Origin: a virus
Lineage: Duplodnaviria > Heunggongvirae > Uroviricota > Caudoviricetes
Reading direction: 5' to 3' (one strand)
Virus record (IMG/VR): IMGVR_UViG_3300021255_002251
Length of the DNA stretch: 56,313 nt
Part shown: one piece after another, positions 45,001 to 55,908 of the stretch
Position numbering within the stretch: position 1 is the stretch's first letter
Layout of the letters: every line of letters begins with the position of its first letter
Notes under the pieces: model-generated
What the model saw: the letters and a program-made list of their open reading frames with translations, nothing else
Told to the model about the DNA's origin: nothing
The model's database searches: none
Program-made: the position numbers and the translations under genes

Positions 45001-48000
45001 CTAATATGTGTGTATGTCCGTTACCGAGAACTTGCCGGTAGCCGCCCAATCGCTAGAGTAATCTCCTTGGGCAGCGGCTGGAACATATATCTCAACGTTG
45101 TCCCTAAGTGCATCGTAATCGAATACGCCAGAAGCTCCTAGTTTGGTGACCTTATCTTCTACGTCGGTGGAATTCCATCTGCTCAGCTTTATGTAGGTTA
45201 TGTTCTTGCATCCGCTAAAGCAATACGAACCTATCAGCCTAAGAGTAGAGGGAAGAGCCTTGCCAGTCAACGATTCTACAATCTGCGTAAGGCTCGTGCA
45301 GTTTGCAAAGCAATATTGCGGAAGTTCCGTAGCATGCGTTGCATCCATCCCAGACAAGTCCACAAGACCGGCACATCCGAAGAAGCAATACTCTCCTAAT
45401 GTCGTGACATTTGTTGAAACGTAATCCAAATCGGTCAGTTCCGTACATCCTCGGAATGCGGCAGCCCCCAGATACACTACATTTGGAGACATGCCATTTA
45501 GCGTAGCCAACCTAGTGCAGTTCTCGAATACACCTCCATAGGTAGAGAAGTTGCTGTCAGTTGTCTTGGTTCCTTCCGTTCCAAGTTTCGTGACGGCATT
45601 ATCCATCCCGGCTAGGCTTGCAATGCCGCACCCATAGAAAGCTCCATCCCCATACTCCGTGATTTGGGACGGGATTCCAGCCAAGCTCGTCAGAGCGGTG
45701 CAGCCACGGAACATCGCCTTGGGCAATGCCTTTATGCCAGAAGCAAACTCGATACCCGTAAGATTGGCAAGAGAAGTGCATTCCCTAAAGCAGTTCGTTC
45801 CGCGCCCAGCATTGAACTTTAGCACTATGTTGGAGAGGCTTTCAAGAGAATAGTTGTAACGGAAAGCATAGTTGTCAACCGTTATCTCTCTCTTGATAGG
45901 CGTGCCCGAAGACGTTCCGAAATCGAATCCCGTGAAGCAGAACCTCTGGAATGCCGAAAACCCTATCTTGTTGACCGTTGGAGGAAGCCAATCTAGCTTG
46001 GCGTCGCTGTCGGCCGGACGGACATTGAGGAAGCATCCGTCTGGAATCTCCGTAATGCCAGTGCAAAGTTTGAGGTTGCTAAAGTCGGTCAATCCCTTGC
46101 AATATGCGAAGCAGAATTTCCCTAGTTCCGATATGGTCAAAGGAACGAAATCAAGGTTAGTGATTTTCTCGCAGCCAAAGAAGAGGTTGTCTCCGAACTT
46201 TGTGACTGTATCGGGAAGTGTCTGTATCGTGGTAAGGTTGGTGCAGTATCCCAAGCATCCATCGGTAAGCTCTTCCAGAAATGCTCCGTCGAAAGAGACG
46301 CTTATAGCCCAATCGTTCCCTTCCTTGTCTTCATCAGACGATGCCTCTTTTGGAAGCACGTAAGTTGCCAGCAGGGGCTTTACCCGCTTCCTTCCTAGAG
46401 AAGCCGTCTGAGCATGGTCGGCTTCTCCTGCGAACGAAATCACATCGCCAAAGATGGAGACAGGGACAACCTGCGAAGTGACGAACTGTTCCGAACTATA
46501 CTCGTGACGGAGGTTGGATACAAGGGCTTTCGTAGGGTCGGTAGGGTCGTTGGCGATAGCCTCTAGCCCACTGCCGTCGCCCCAGTCGATATAGATGTTC
46601 TTTCCCGCATCCTTCTTGATAACGCCATTTCCCCATATCAGGCCGCCGCCAGCGGGGACCTGCAACGTCATGGACATTGCGAGATTCGATGAACTGGTGT
46701 CCGTCACAAGCGCATACTGAGCCCAATAGTAGATACCGAGCGGCCCATAAGGCTGGTATGTCTGGTAGTACGGAATCATGTCTGTAGGTATCGCAACCTG
46801 GACGGTTCTCTTCTTTTCTGCAGTGTCTATCGCGCTAAACGGATCGTGGCAGAGAACGTCTTCCCCATTCTCCCCGTTTTTGTCTTCCACGTATCCGGTT
46901 TCCTCTTCCACCTGCACAACCTTGGGATTCTCATCTGTCCCATAGGGGAAGTACATGATTCTTACATTTGGGTTCCCGCCAAAGGAATCGCCAACTAGTG
47001 TCACGGTATTTGTAGCGCCCACTTCAGCAGAGCATAGCCTGTTGATTCTGGTGATTCCGCAGCCATAGAATGCTCTGTAAGGATAGTAGGTGACATTTGC
47101 AAGCCCGTCGAATTTGGTTATCCCAGTACATCCCTCAAAGCACCCCTCTCCAATCTCTATTATGTTCTGGAGCGCATAAGAGATGTTGTTTCGGGTGCTT
47201 CCAGAGCCTTTCAGTTTGGTGCAGTATGCAAAGCAGTAGGCGCCCAACTGGACTACCGGGGTCGTCGCACTCAAGGCATTTACGTCTTGCAGGTTTGTGC
47301 ATCCGTGGAAGCATCCCTCATTCAAGGCCGAAGGTGTTGAAGAGAAGAGAGTCTGAATGCCATCGAGAGAAGTGAGGTTTTCGCATCCCAGGAACAGTGC
47401 CGGGGCGAAGGTTGCCGAAAGAGAATTCCCCGTTCTCCCGATACTGCTTATCCCCGTCCTAGCGAGCGCGAATCTCTCGAACACCTCAATTGCATCAGGC
47501 AGTTCCGAGAGGTCTCTTCCGCTGAATAGACTGTTGCAATTGTAGAAGCAGTATGCCGGGACCAGCTTCAGCGAAGGGAACTTGTCCCATTCTATGCTAA
47601 GACCTCGGCAGTTCATGAAGCAGGCTGCACCTATCGAAGCATTGTCGGGAGCCGTCCATGTGTCCCCAGAACCTTCCTCTCCCCATCTGATTCTTAAGGT
47701 GCTATAGTTAGGGTCGGAAATTCGAAGCATCTTGTCGTACTTCGCCCACACGTCGAAGTGCTTCTCTCCATACTTCGCTGACATCCAGTTCTCGAAGTCG
47801 GTGATTCCGGTATACCGCTCTCCAAGTGTCTGGCTGTCTCCATCGGGAGAAGTATAGAAATGTCCATATAGCAAGTTTCTGTTGGACCTAGAGAAGCATC
47901 CCTCTCCAAGAGAAGTGACAGCCAGCGGGATTGTTATGTCACCGAGCTTTGGACAGAGCGCAAATGCATAGTTTCCGAGAGAGCCCTCTACATAAGCAAT

Positions 48001-51000
48001 GATACTCGCAAAAGAAGAATCGGGCAGACTGGTACACCCGAAGAAAGCATAGGCTCCGATAGATGTTATGCCGTAGGCATTGAAACTCACCAGATTTGCG
48101 CAGTTCCTAAATGCTCCTGCTGGAAGGACATATGAATGAGGGTCGGTTGCATTCCCCCACGTGAACGACTTCATCCCGCAATTCTCGAATGCGGATTCTC
48201 CTATGCTCTTGACTTGGCTTGGAATAGAAACTGCCCATTCTTCGTTGTTCGCGCCCGTGCATCCGTAGAAAGCCCTATTGCCTATCGTAATGTTTCCGTT
48301 GGATAGCGTGGCGGCATCCGTAGCCTGCTCCCATGAAATGCCAGCCGTAATTCCATAGCAGCCTTCGAAAGCCGACTCGCACACGGACAACATGGAACTA
48401 GGCAAAACAATTTCTATCAGACCGTAGCACCCATAGAAAGCACGAACTCCGATAGAGGTAGCTCCATCCATGAAGGCTATCGTCCCCAACTGCGTACATT
48501 CAGCGAAAGCATATGCGCCAGCCAGTTTGATGGCGCCAGCGGAAGCAGTAGGATTTAGAGACGAAGAGTTGCATCTCCAGAAAGCACAGTCGCCAATCTC
48601 TATCCCATAGTCCGAGGAGGGCTTGCCAAACATGAGAGAGGAGATGTTGCATCCGCTGAAACAGTAGGTTCCAATGCGAGACAACTTGGAGTTTGCGCCA
48701 ACCTCTATCTCCAGTTTGAAGTCGTAAACGAGGTTTTCAGGAGTGTCGTCTATCGTGATTTCTGGCTGCTGCGATTCCGATGACGTGTCAGAAACCATGG
48801 TGAAGGAAGTAAGAGCCATAAACGGCCGCTTGTCGCTCGAAGGAGCTTCATTCTCTTCAAGAGGTATGTCGGAGCCGTCCGCCGTATAGATCTTCGAGAT
48901 GTCGCCACGTATGCTAATCGTGACAGCACCGCCGGTGACTCCTGACGAATATACATGGTTGGGGAACGTCCATCCCTTCACATCCTCACCGCTGTCGTTT
49001 AGCCTCGTTGTCGTGGTTCCATCACCCCAATCAATGAGGACATACTGCCCAGAGAAGTCTAGCCGCCCATTAGCTCCATAGAGCGCCGTCCCTCTTGTCG
49101 TAGTTCTTGTTCCTACAACGACCTCCTCCGAGTCGGGAGTCTCTTGGCGGGTAATGTCCTCTGTCTCTATAGTTGGGACGGGAATGTTGCCTTCTCCTAT
49201 CGTAAAGGTTAAATTAGACGTGGCAATAATGTTCTGGAAATATCTCGACCATCCAGGAGCGCTCTTGTAAGCAGGCAGAACACCTTCTGCTGGAGAAACG
49301 AACACGAGAACGTCTGCAGGATCGCCTGGGAATGTGGAGTTCTGGATTGCTGGCGGTTTCTGATAGTTGAACATGTCTATCGCACCGAAACCGCATCCAT
49401 CAAATGCATATGCTCCGAAACTAGCCGATAGCCCTTCATCGTCCCATTCGGTTATGGTCTTTTCTTGATATTCCTTTCCAAGACCTGTCGTGCCGTTAAG
49501 CGAAATGCAGTTCTCGAAAGCCCTAATCCCTATGGACAGAACGCTAGGGAAGGAAGAAATGGTTTGAAGGTTCTGGCAGTTGGAGAAAGCCTTGTTGCCA
49601 ATGGACAAGCATGACTTGAACCCGGAATCGGAATCGCCTATGTTCGACAGGGCCGTGCATCCGTTGAAGGCATACTGCCCTATCGAAGTCACGTGGCTAA
49701 AGCCCGTCACCGATTCAAGAGCGGGGCATCCTTGGAAAACGAAGTCTCCGAGAGTTGTTAGGCTGGCCATCGTCTCGGGAGCGGATATGCTTACTAGATA
49801 CGGATTGCCGCTTCCTATCTCCGTGGCGAGGAATGGATAGTTTGAGCTAGACTGGCAGGATAGGCTCTTGATGCTGCCGGTTATTGATATGTCAATCCTC
49901 TTGCGGCATCTTACTCCGTTGATGGTTTCCCATCTCGCCTTTTCTATGGAGTCGGCATTGTCGTAGTAGAGATAGGTGTGCGAAGGGAACGACGTCTGTA
50001 CGCTTTCCATCGTGTTTTGAGTTCCGTCGTCCCAGTCAACCGTCCATCTCGAATCCGATTCGATGCGGGCAACGCCAGAAGAGTTCGTCTCTGAGATTCC
50101 TTGTATCGTTGTGCCCGTTGGGACGTGCAGCATCGTGAACGTAAGCACCTGTGAGGCTATCGTGAACTTGTTCCAGAAGTCGTTCATCGTGTATGACGAT
50201 ACAGACTCGAGAGGAACATACACGTATACCGCCTTCTGGTCGAGAGCGGTTTCAAACTTTCCGAAAGACAAGTCGGTTATCGCCGCATTGTCGGCGACAG
50301 GAACTCCTACCTGGATATATGTAAGTCCGGGTATACCCCCGAAAGCATAGTCCGCGATGGTGAATCTCACTATGCCGCTTGAATCGGCAGCGCCGTTCAG
50401 GCCAACTATGCTCGTGAGACCAGAGCATCCGTAGAAAGCATACTTCCCAATGCTCCCTACCGTATCGAGAAGCGCAAGATTGTCTAGTGCCGTGTTGTAT
50501 GCAAATGCCGCAATGCCTACGGAAGAGATTCCAGACAGGTAGGCGGCCGATAGGTTCTTGTTCCGAAGGAAAGAGGAATGGCCAACTTCGGAAAGAACGG
50601 AATAAGACGACCTAGAAACTCTCGTCAGCATGTGAGCATCGCCGTCAAGAATGCTACCGTCATGTTCCAAGGTGAGGAACGACGTGCCAGAGATAGCATC
50701 CTCTCCCAATGGCACAATCGTTTCCCCTGCATCTTCATAGGGATAGGCGATGTCGTTTACGGTTGGCTTGGCGCAACCGATGGACGTCACCGCACCCTCT
50801 ATCCTCATCGTGTGGTTGCCGGACAGGGAGTATGTGTGCTGCGGAAGGTATTGCTCCTCCGCTCCGTCTTCGCTAGGCACTCCGTCCGAATCATAGGCAT
50901 CCCAGTCCACGACCCAGAACGTGTCGGACTTCACCTTGCCGATGTTCCCCTTCACGGTGAGATTGGAAGGACATGCTGTTAAGGTGAACTCCACGAATCG

Positions 51001-54000
51001 GCTTCTTATGTCTCCGAACACGGAACCCCATGATGAGGATTCCTTGTAGGCCGTCAGGCACTTTGTGCGGACATAGAGGGGTACTTCCGAAGACAGGCCG
51101 CTGAAAGCCGTTGTCGGCATCGTAGGCGGCTCTTCCGCGAACATCTGCACCTCTTGCAGAGGACAACTCGCAAATGCATAGTCTCCTATGCTCGTCACCC
51201 CAGTGCCAAGCCCGTCAATCTTCTTCAATGAAGAGCATCCGTTGAAAGCTCGCTCCCCTATTGTAGTGACGCGATTAAGCCCATATAGATTGGTTAGGGA
51301 AGCACACCCAGAGAATGCATATCGTTCTATTGAAGAGACGTTCGAGAGACCGGTGATGTCCGTGAGTTTCGTGGCATCCGCAAACGAATACTCACCTACG
51401 GAAACTATCGTGCTCGCATCCGTAATCGACTGGAGCACAGAGCATCCTCGGAAAAGGTAATCGCCTATCTCCGTTATGTCCATCGCATCGGAAGAGACAA
51501 CGCTCGTGAGCCAAGGGTTAGAGCCAACGGACTGCCCGAATATCGGGTATGCGGAGGAAGTGCACCTAATGGCTGTCACGGGACCGCTGATCTTTACAAC
51601 CTTTGTCGTCTCACTGCTCTTAAAAGTGTATGCTGGGATTGCCGTATCGCCCTCATGGAACTGGAAGGACTGCTCACCGTTTCCGTATGAGAGAACCCAG
51701 TTGCCTGTTGCCGTGACGATTCCCATGCCGTCTCTCGTCCTGCTTCCGGCCGATACATTCTTTAGAGTGAACTCTATGGAACGTGAGAGAATCCTTCCCG
51801 CGAACTTCGTCCAGAATTCCGTTTCCGCATAAGTCGTTTCATATCCTGCGGGAACATAGACAAGCGCAGTCTCGAAAACCGCATCGTCAAAGCCGTGTTC
51901 ATCCAATGTCGGAGGGGTGATGCTCGCCATGAAGATTCTGGTTATGTTCGGGCATCCCTCGAAAGCGCCATCCTCAATCAGCGCGAACGAATCGTTGAAG
52001 TCCTTGACGGTGACAAGCCCAGTGCAGTTCTTGAATCCATAAGCCCTTATCTCTGTAGCGGAGGAAAGCCCGGACGTGGTGATTATCCCGGTGCAGTCTG
52101 AGAACAGGCTTTCAGAAACTTTGGAAAGCGTGGAGAATCCAGAGAGTTCTGTGATAAGGGGGTTCTTTGCGAATGCTGCCTTGCCAGCCGTCACGACAGT
52201 GCTAAAAGGTGTAGAGGAATCCAAGCCGCACTGATAGAAAGCATAGTCTCCAACCGCAACCGCATTGAAAGCGCCTAGGGTTCCTATCGGACCATGAGCA
52301 TCGTCTTTCTTCGCAAAGGCATATGCGCCAACCGTTCCCGAACCATTCATATCCACGGAAACGGAAAGGGCGTTGCCGTTGCCGTCTCCGAGCGGCTGCC
52401 CATAGTTGAAGAAGCAGAAGTTGCCTATCTTCTTCAGATACTCCGAACTGATAGCTATCGAAGAGGCTTTCTGCGAAAGGTCTTTAAGGAAAGGAGACAC
52501 CCCCATCTCTTCTGGTGGATTGGCAACATAGTCTCCATTCACTATGTCGTCAGTATGGTCTCCCCATACTTCGATGATGTCGCCGAAGAGGGTTATCGTA
52601 TAGTTCCCTCTCTCGTCATAGGTGTGTTCGGCCAGAGCATCATGGACAGAGGAATCGCTAGAATAGAAATGCTCAAATTCCGTGCCGTCACCATAGTCGG
52701 CATACCACACTCCAAGATAGTGCTCGGAAGAAGGGTCTATGGAAACCTTGACGCCAGTATTGACAACCGCTTCGGTATCTATATTGACGTCGCCCTGTTC
52801 GGTTCCTCCTATGTTCTGCAGGTGGACTTTTATGGTTCTCGAAGCAATCTTTCCGAAGTTCTTCCACGTAGAGGCGGAAGAAAAAGATCCTACCATGTCC
52901 TCTTTCACATAGAGAGGTATGCCAGATGCTGGCGCACCGCTAAATGCGGAAGATGAAATCGTCGGGACGTTCGAGGCAACGCACGAAACCTGCTTTAGCC
53001 CAGTGCAGTTCTGGAAAGCATAGTCTCCGATGTTTGCTATGTCTGGCCCCAGCCCGGAAGTGGCTATGAGGCTTGTGCAGTCGGCAAAGGCATAAGCACC
53101 GATAGAGGTTATGTTCCAGCATCCGATGAGCGCCAGAAGTCCGCTTGCCTGGAAGCACTTGGCAGGAATCTCCGTGACGGAAGGAGCTTCAAGAATCGCA
53201 GAGATGTCTTTTAGCAGAGAGTTGCGGCTGAAGCACCCTTCTCCGAGTTCCGTTACCTTGTCCGTCAACCCTTCAAGGCTTGACAACAAGCAGCCCGCGA
53301 ACATATAATGTGAGATAGCGGTAATCTCTGATGCATTCGCTATCGGGAGAATGTTCTCTATAGCGCAGTTCTCAAAGACATGACTCCCCATCCCTTCCGA
53401 TACAAGGCTCTCAATGCCCTCTATGGAAGTAAGACTATTGCACTCCGCAAAGCAGTAGTCTGGCAGCGTGGTGATTCCAGTGTACGGCAATGCCGTAATG
53501 TCGGCCAGATATGAGCATTTGTAGAAGCAGTGGTCTCCGATAGTTCCAAGTGCCGCCGTCCCGAGACCGCTTATGGAGGAAATTTTAGTTTCCGCAAAGC
53601 AGTATGACGGTAGTTCCTTCACGTCCGTCGCATCGTACTCCAGCGCCGTGATTCCAGACTGCCAGAAGCACCTTTCACCGAAAGCGGGGAAGAGAACAAT
53701 AGTCTCTATCGGGACAATAGTTCCGTCGTCCAACTGCTCATAGGTTGTCGTATGCTCTTTTACGAGCCTACCGAGACCAGCCTTTAGCCAAGCCGTGCTT
53801 GTCAGAGCGGAGCATCCCCAGAAAGCCCTTTCGCCTAGGCAATAGTCGCGCTCCTCTTCCAAGCCGCATTCAATGCTGGCAAGATTTATGCACCGAGCAA
53901 AAGCATAGTCGCCAATCATCTCCAAAGGAGAATCGGTCACAGTCACGGACTTCAAGTTTGCGAACGGAGAAGCAGCCGTTGTAGCTAAGAACGGATAGGA

Positions 54001-55908
54001 TTCGGAAGAGGCTGCGGCTATCCTTCGGACATAGCCCTTTATCGTTATCGTCGCATTGGCTACGGCATCCTTGTAGGTGAATGACGGAAGCGCATCTACC
54101 GAAGGTATGAACCGCTGCTGCTTGTCTCCGATACCAAACGAGATTGTCCAGACGGAATCCGAGATGAGGTTGCTCGTAGTGTCAAGAAGGGTCGTCCCCG
54201 CCTGCACATCTTCCAAAGCGAATTCATAGACGCCATACTTCTTCACCGTCATTGCGCCCCAGACGGAATCGTTCTGGTAGGCGGAGAGAAGCGAAGCAGG
54301 GACATAGACGATTGGAGTCTCCCCGTCGAAGGCCGTAACATCGAGTGTTGGAACGGCATCCGCATCGCTCATGATGTTCGTGAGCATCGCGCATCCCGCA
54401 TAAGCCCCTTCGCCTATCTCGGTAGTGCTTGAGGAGAGGTAGAGAGATTCGAGAGAGGAGCAGTCGGCAAAGCACCGCTTCCCGATTGTCTTCAAAGATT
54501 CAGGCGGATATAGTATGGCCGTGATTCCGGTGCATCCGCAGAAACACTCCTCACCAAGTGATTCAATCGTTTGCGGAAGTTCGTCTATGTTCTTGAAGGA
54601 GGTGCATCCCTTGAACACATGGGAACCGATGCTGGTTATTCTTTCTGGAAGGTTGCCGCAGTTCTTCAACTGAGTGCATCCATAGAAGCAGTCGTCTGGA
54701 ATCTGTTCTATCTGGGTGCTTTCGAGACCTTTGAGGCTCAATAGGCTCTTACAGTTCTGGAAGCATCCGATTCCGAGAGAAGTGGTCTTCTTCGGAAGCC
54801 ATGCGATTTCCATCAGCGAAGAGCATCCCGCAAAGGCATAGTCTCCAAACGTGATGGAACTCTCGTTGCCCTCGTTCCACATGACCTTCTGCAGGTTCCC
54901 GAAGTACCCGAACGTGCCGTTTCCTATCGCGGATAGCGGAACTCTCTCGCCAACCGAGAAACCTGAAAGGTATGCGAACGGCTCACCCTTGGAATTGAGG
55001 AAGATAGGCTTGGATTCGTCGGCGCTCCAGATTCTGGTGATGTTCCCCTTGATAGTGAGGGTGACGGTGCCGCCTTTTAGCAAAGTGTGCTTCTGGGTCG
55101 TGTAGTCATGCCCCTCTTCGTCTTGCCCCCTGTCCGTGTCGAGAAATACAACCTCATTCCCCGTTGCGGCCATCGTGATAGTCTGGTCGGAGCGAAGTTT
55201 CAGACCATCGTCTATTTCCACGATGAACGGAGCATAGTAAGCCTCTCCAGAACCAGTGTTTAGAATGTCCAGCCTGATGTTGCTCACGTCTATCACGGTG
55301 CCGAGAGGAACGCCGGAGAACGTGAACGTAAGCTGCCTCGTCTTGGAATACTCTTCGTTGTTCGGGTCGAAGATAATCCGATTCAGCAGCCCTTTCGTGT
55401 CCCTGAGAGTAGAGGAGGGGGTAAGCATCTCCCTCGTGTCGACCGCTTCCTCGTGCATGGCTTCTACCATGTCTAGCGCCTGCTGCACGCCTGTCGGCTT
55501 GTCGTAAATGTCGTTCCACGAAATATCCGTTCCGGGAGATCCGTCTATGACTGTCTTCTTGTTTTTAAGGTCTAGCCTGTCCTCATCCGTGTTCGTCACG
55601 GTCATGGACCAGTAGAGGGTACTCGTCTGGTTGTCGAAACGATATGTGAAATCGTCAACCGAGGCTACGAAATCCAAGCCCTCGATACGTGACTGAACCT
55701 GTGCAGCCCAGAAGTCTATGTACGTTGGGTTTTGAAGGACTGTGCCGAAGTAGTCTATTCCCCTGTCTGGATCGAACTGGAGTTCGCCCTGCTGCGTCTG
55801 CAGAATCGCCTCGATAACCGCACACTGGGCATCGGCATCGTGCAGGATTGCAAGACCTCCGGCTTCGAGATAGAGGTCGTTATCGGCATTTCTTCCTAGG
55901 GTTTTCAT
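45001..55908 (-). CDS. gp25-like baseplate/sheath-initiator domain fused to a giant BspA-type LRR / PKD-like array, 3635 aa
   Basis: Residues 1-114 (NDLYL..G.LA...A......L.T..GE..FD...GIDYF...I.....V..V) fit the gp25/XkdS/Mu gp46-like pattern. About 8 PKD-like modules follow, with LRR blocks and P....F...YVP...Y....W caps. Confidence 0.85.
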   Translation of the reverse strand: MKTLGRNADNDLYLEAGGLAILHDADAQCAVIEAILQTQQGELQFDPDRGIDYFGTVLQNPTYIDFWAAQVQSRIEGLDFVASVDDFTYRFDNQTSTLYWSMTVTNTDEDRLDLKNKKTVIDGSPGTDISWNDIYDKPTGVQQALDMVEAMHEEAVDTREMLTPSSTLRDTKGLLNRIIFDPNNEEYSKTRQLTFTFSGVPLGTVIDVSNIRLDILNTGSGEAYYAPFIVEIDDGLKLRSDQTITMAATGNEVVFLDTDRGQDEEGHDYTTQKHTLLKGGTVTLTIKGNITRIWSADESKPIFLNSKGEPFAYLSGFSVGERVPLSAIGNGTFGYFGNLQKVMWNEGNESSITFGDYAFAGCSSLMEIAWLPKKTTSLGIGCFQNCKSLLSLKGLESTQIEQIPDDCFYGCTQLKNCGNLPERITSIGSHVFKGCTSFKNIDELPQTIESLGEECFCGCTGITAILYPPESLKTIGKRCFADCSSLESLYLSSSTTEIGEGAYAGCAMLTNIMSDADAVPTLDVTAFDGETPIVYVPASLLSAYQNDSVWGAMTVKKYGVYEFALEDVQAGTTLLDTTSNLISDSVWTISFGIGDKQQRFIPSVDALPSFTYKDAVANATITIKGYVRRIAAASSESYPFLATTAASPFANLKSVTVTDSPLEMIGDYAFARCINLASIECGLEEERDYCLGERAFWGCSALTSTAWLKAGLGRLVKEHTTTYEQLDDGTIVPIETIVLFPAFGERCFWQSGITALEYDATDVKELPSYCFAETKISSISGLGTAALGTIGDHCFYKCSYLADITALPYTGITTLPDYCFAECNSLTSIEGIESLVSEGMGSHVFENCAIENILPIANASEITAISHYMFAGCLLSSLEGLTDKVTELGEGCFSRNSLLKDISAILEAPSVTEIPAKCFQASGLLALIGCWNITSIGAYAFADCTSLIATSGLGPDIANIGDYAFQNCTGLKQVSCVASNVPTISSSAFSGAPASGIPLYVKEDMVGSFSSASTWKNFGKIASRTIKVHLQNIGGTEQGDVNIDTEAVVNTGVKVSIDPSSEHYLGVWYADYGDGTEFEHFYSSDSSVHDALAEHTYDERGNYTITLFGDIIEVWGDHTDDIVNGDYVANPPEEMGVSPFLKDLSQKASSIAISSEYLKKIGNFCFFNYGQPLGDGNGNALSVSVDMNGSGTVGAYAFAKKDDAHGPIGTLGAFNAVAVGDYAFYQCGLDSSTPFSTVVTAGKAAFAKNPLITELSGFSTLSKVSESLFSDCTGIITTSGLSSATEIRAYGFKNCTGLVTVKDFNDSFALIEDGAFEGCPNITRIFMASITPPTLDEHGFDDAVFETALVYVPAGYETTYAETEFWTKFAGRILSRSIEFTLKNVSAGSRTRDGMGIVTATGNWVLSYGNGEQSFQFHEGDTAIPAYTFKSSETTKVVKISGPVTAIRCTSSAYPIFGQSVGSNPWLTSVVSSDAMDITEIGDYLFRGCSVLQSITDASTIVSVGEYSFADATKLTDITGLSNVSSIERYAFSGCASLTNLYGLNRVTTIGERAFNGCSSLKKIDGLGTGVTSIGDYAFASCPLQEVQMFAEEPPTMPTTAFSGLSSEVPLYVRTKCLTAYKESSSWGSVFGDIRSRFVEFTLTACPSNLTVKGNIGKVKSDTFWVVDWDAYDSDGVPSEDGAEEQYLPQHTYSLSGNHTMRIEGAVTSIGCAKPTVNDIAYPYEDAGETIVPLGEDAISGTSFLTLEHDGSILDGDAHMLTRVSRSSYSVLSEVGHSSFLRNKNLSAAYLSGISSVGIAAFAYNTALDNLALLDTVGSIGKYAFYGCSGLTSIVGLNGAADSSGIVRFTIADYAFGGIPGLTYIQVGVPVADNAAITDLSFGKFETALDQKAVYVYVPLESVSSYTMNDFWNKFTIASQVLTFTMLHVPTGTTIQGISETNSSGVARIESDSRWTVDWDDGTQNTMESVQTSFPSHTYLYYDNADSIEKARWETINGVRCRKRIDISITGSIKSLSCQSSSNYPFLATEIGSGNPYLVSISAPETMASLTTLGDFVFQGCPALESVTGFSHVTSIGQYAFNGCTALSNIGDSDSGFKSCLSIGNKAFSNCQNLQTISSFPSVLSIGIRAFENCISLNGTTGLGKEYQEKTITEWDDEGLSASFGAYAFDGCGFGAIDMFNYQKPPAIQNSTFPGDPADVLVFVSPAEGVLPAYKSAPGWSRYFQNIIATSNLTFTIGEGNIPVPTIETEDITRQETPDSEEVVVGTRTTTRGTALYGANGRLDFSGQYVLIDWGDGTTTTRLNDSGEDVKGWTFPNHVYSSGVTGGAVTISIRGDISKIYTADGSDIPLEENEAPSSDKRPFMALTSFTMVSDTSSESQQPEITIDDTPENLVYDFKLEIEVGANSKLSRIGTYCFSGCNISSLMFGKPSSDYGIEIGDCAFWRCNSSSLNPTASAGAIKLAGAYAFAECTQLGTIAFMDGATSIGVRAFYGCYGLIEIVLPSSMLSVCESAFEGCYGITAGISWEQATDAATLSNGNITIGNRAFYGCTGANNEEWAVSIPSQVKSIGESAFENCGMKSFTWGNATDPHSYVLPAGAFRNCANLVSFNAYGITSIGAYAFFGCTSLPDSSFASIIAYVEGSLGNYAFALCPKLGDITIPLAVTSLGEGCFSRSNRNLLYGHFYTSPDGDSQTLGERYTGITDFENWMSAKYGEKHFDVWAKYDKMLRISDPNYSTLRIRWGEEGSGDTWTAPDNASIGAACFMNCRGLSIEWDKFPSLKLVPAYCFYNCNSLFSGRDLSELPDAIEVFERFALARTGISSIGRTGNSLSATFAPALFLGCENLTSLDGIQTLFSSTPSALNEGCFHGCTNLQDVNALSATTPVVQLGAYCFAYCTKLKGSGSTRNNISYALQNIIEIGEGCFEGCTGITKFDGLANVTYYPYRAFYGCGITRINRLCSAEVGATNTVTLVGDSFGGNPNVRIMYFPYGTDENPKVVQVEEETGYVEDKNGENGEDVLCHDPFSAIDTAEKKRTVQVAIPTDMIPYYQTYQPYGPLGIYYWAQYALVTDTSSSNLAMSMTLQVPAGGGLIWGNGVIKKDAGKNIYIDWGDGSGLEAIANDPTDPTKALVSNLRHEYSSEQFVTSQVVPVSIFGDVISFAGEADHAQTASLGRKRVKPLLATYVLPKEASSDEDKEGNDWAISVSFDGAFLEELTDGCLGYCTNLTTIQTLPDTVTKFGDNLFFGCEKITNLDFVPLTISELGKFCFAYCKGLTDFSNLKLCTGITEIPDGCFLNVRPADSDAKLDWLPPTVNKIGFSAFQRFCFTGFDFGTSSGTPIKREITVDNYAFRYNYSLESLSNIVLKFNAGRGTNCFRECTSLANLTGIEFASGIKALPKAMFRGCTALTSLAGIPSQITEYGDGAFYGCGIASLAGMDNAVTKLGTEGTKTTDSNFSTYGGVFENCTRLATLNGMSPNVVYLGAAAFRGCTELTDLDYVSTNVTTLGEYCFFGCAGLVDLSGMDATHATELPQYCFANCTSLTQIVESLTGKALPSTLRLIGSYCFSGCKNITYIKLSRWNSTDVEDKVTKLGASGVFDYDALRDNVEIYVPAAAQGDYSSDWAATGKFSVTDIHTY

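Noticed and set aside
33457-55908. Diversity-generating retroelement or invertase shufflon acting on the LRR genes
   Set aside because: No reverse transcriptase, recombinase, adenine-variant repeat pair or inverted cassette was seen in the window. One could exist outside it.
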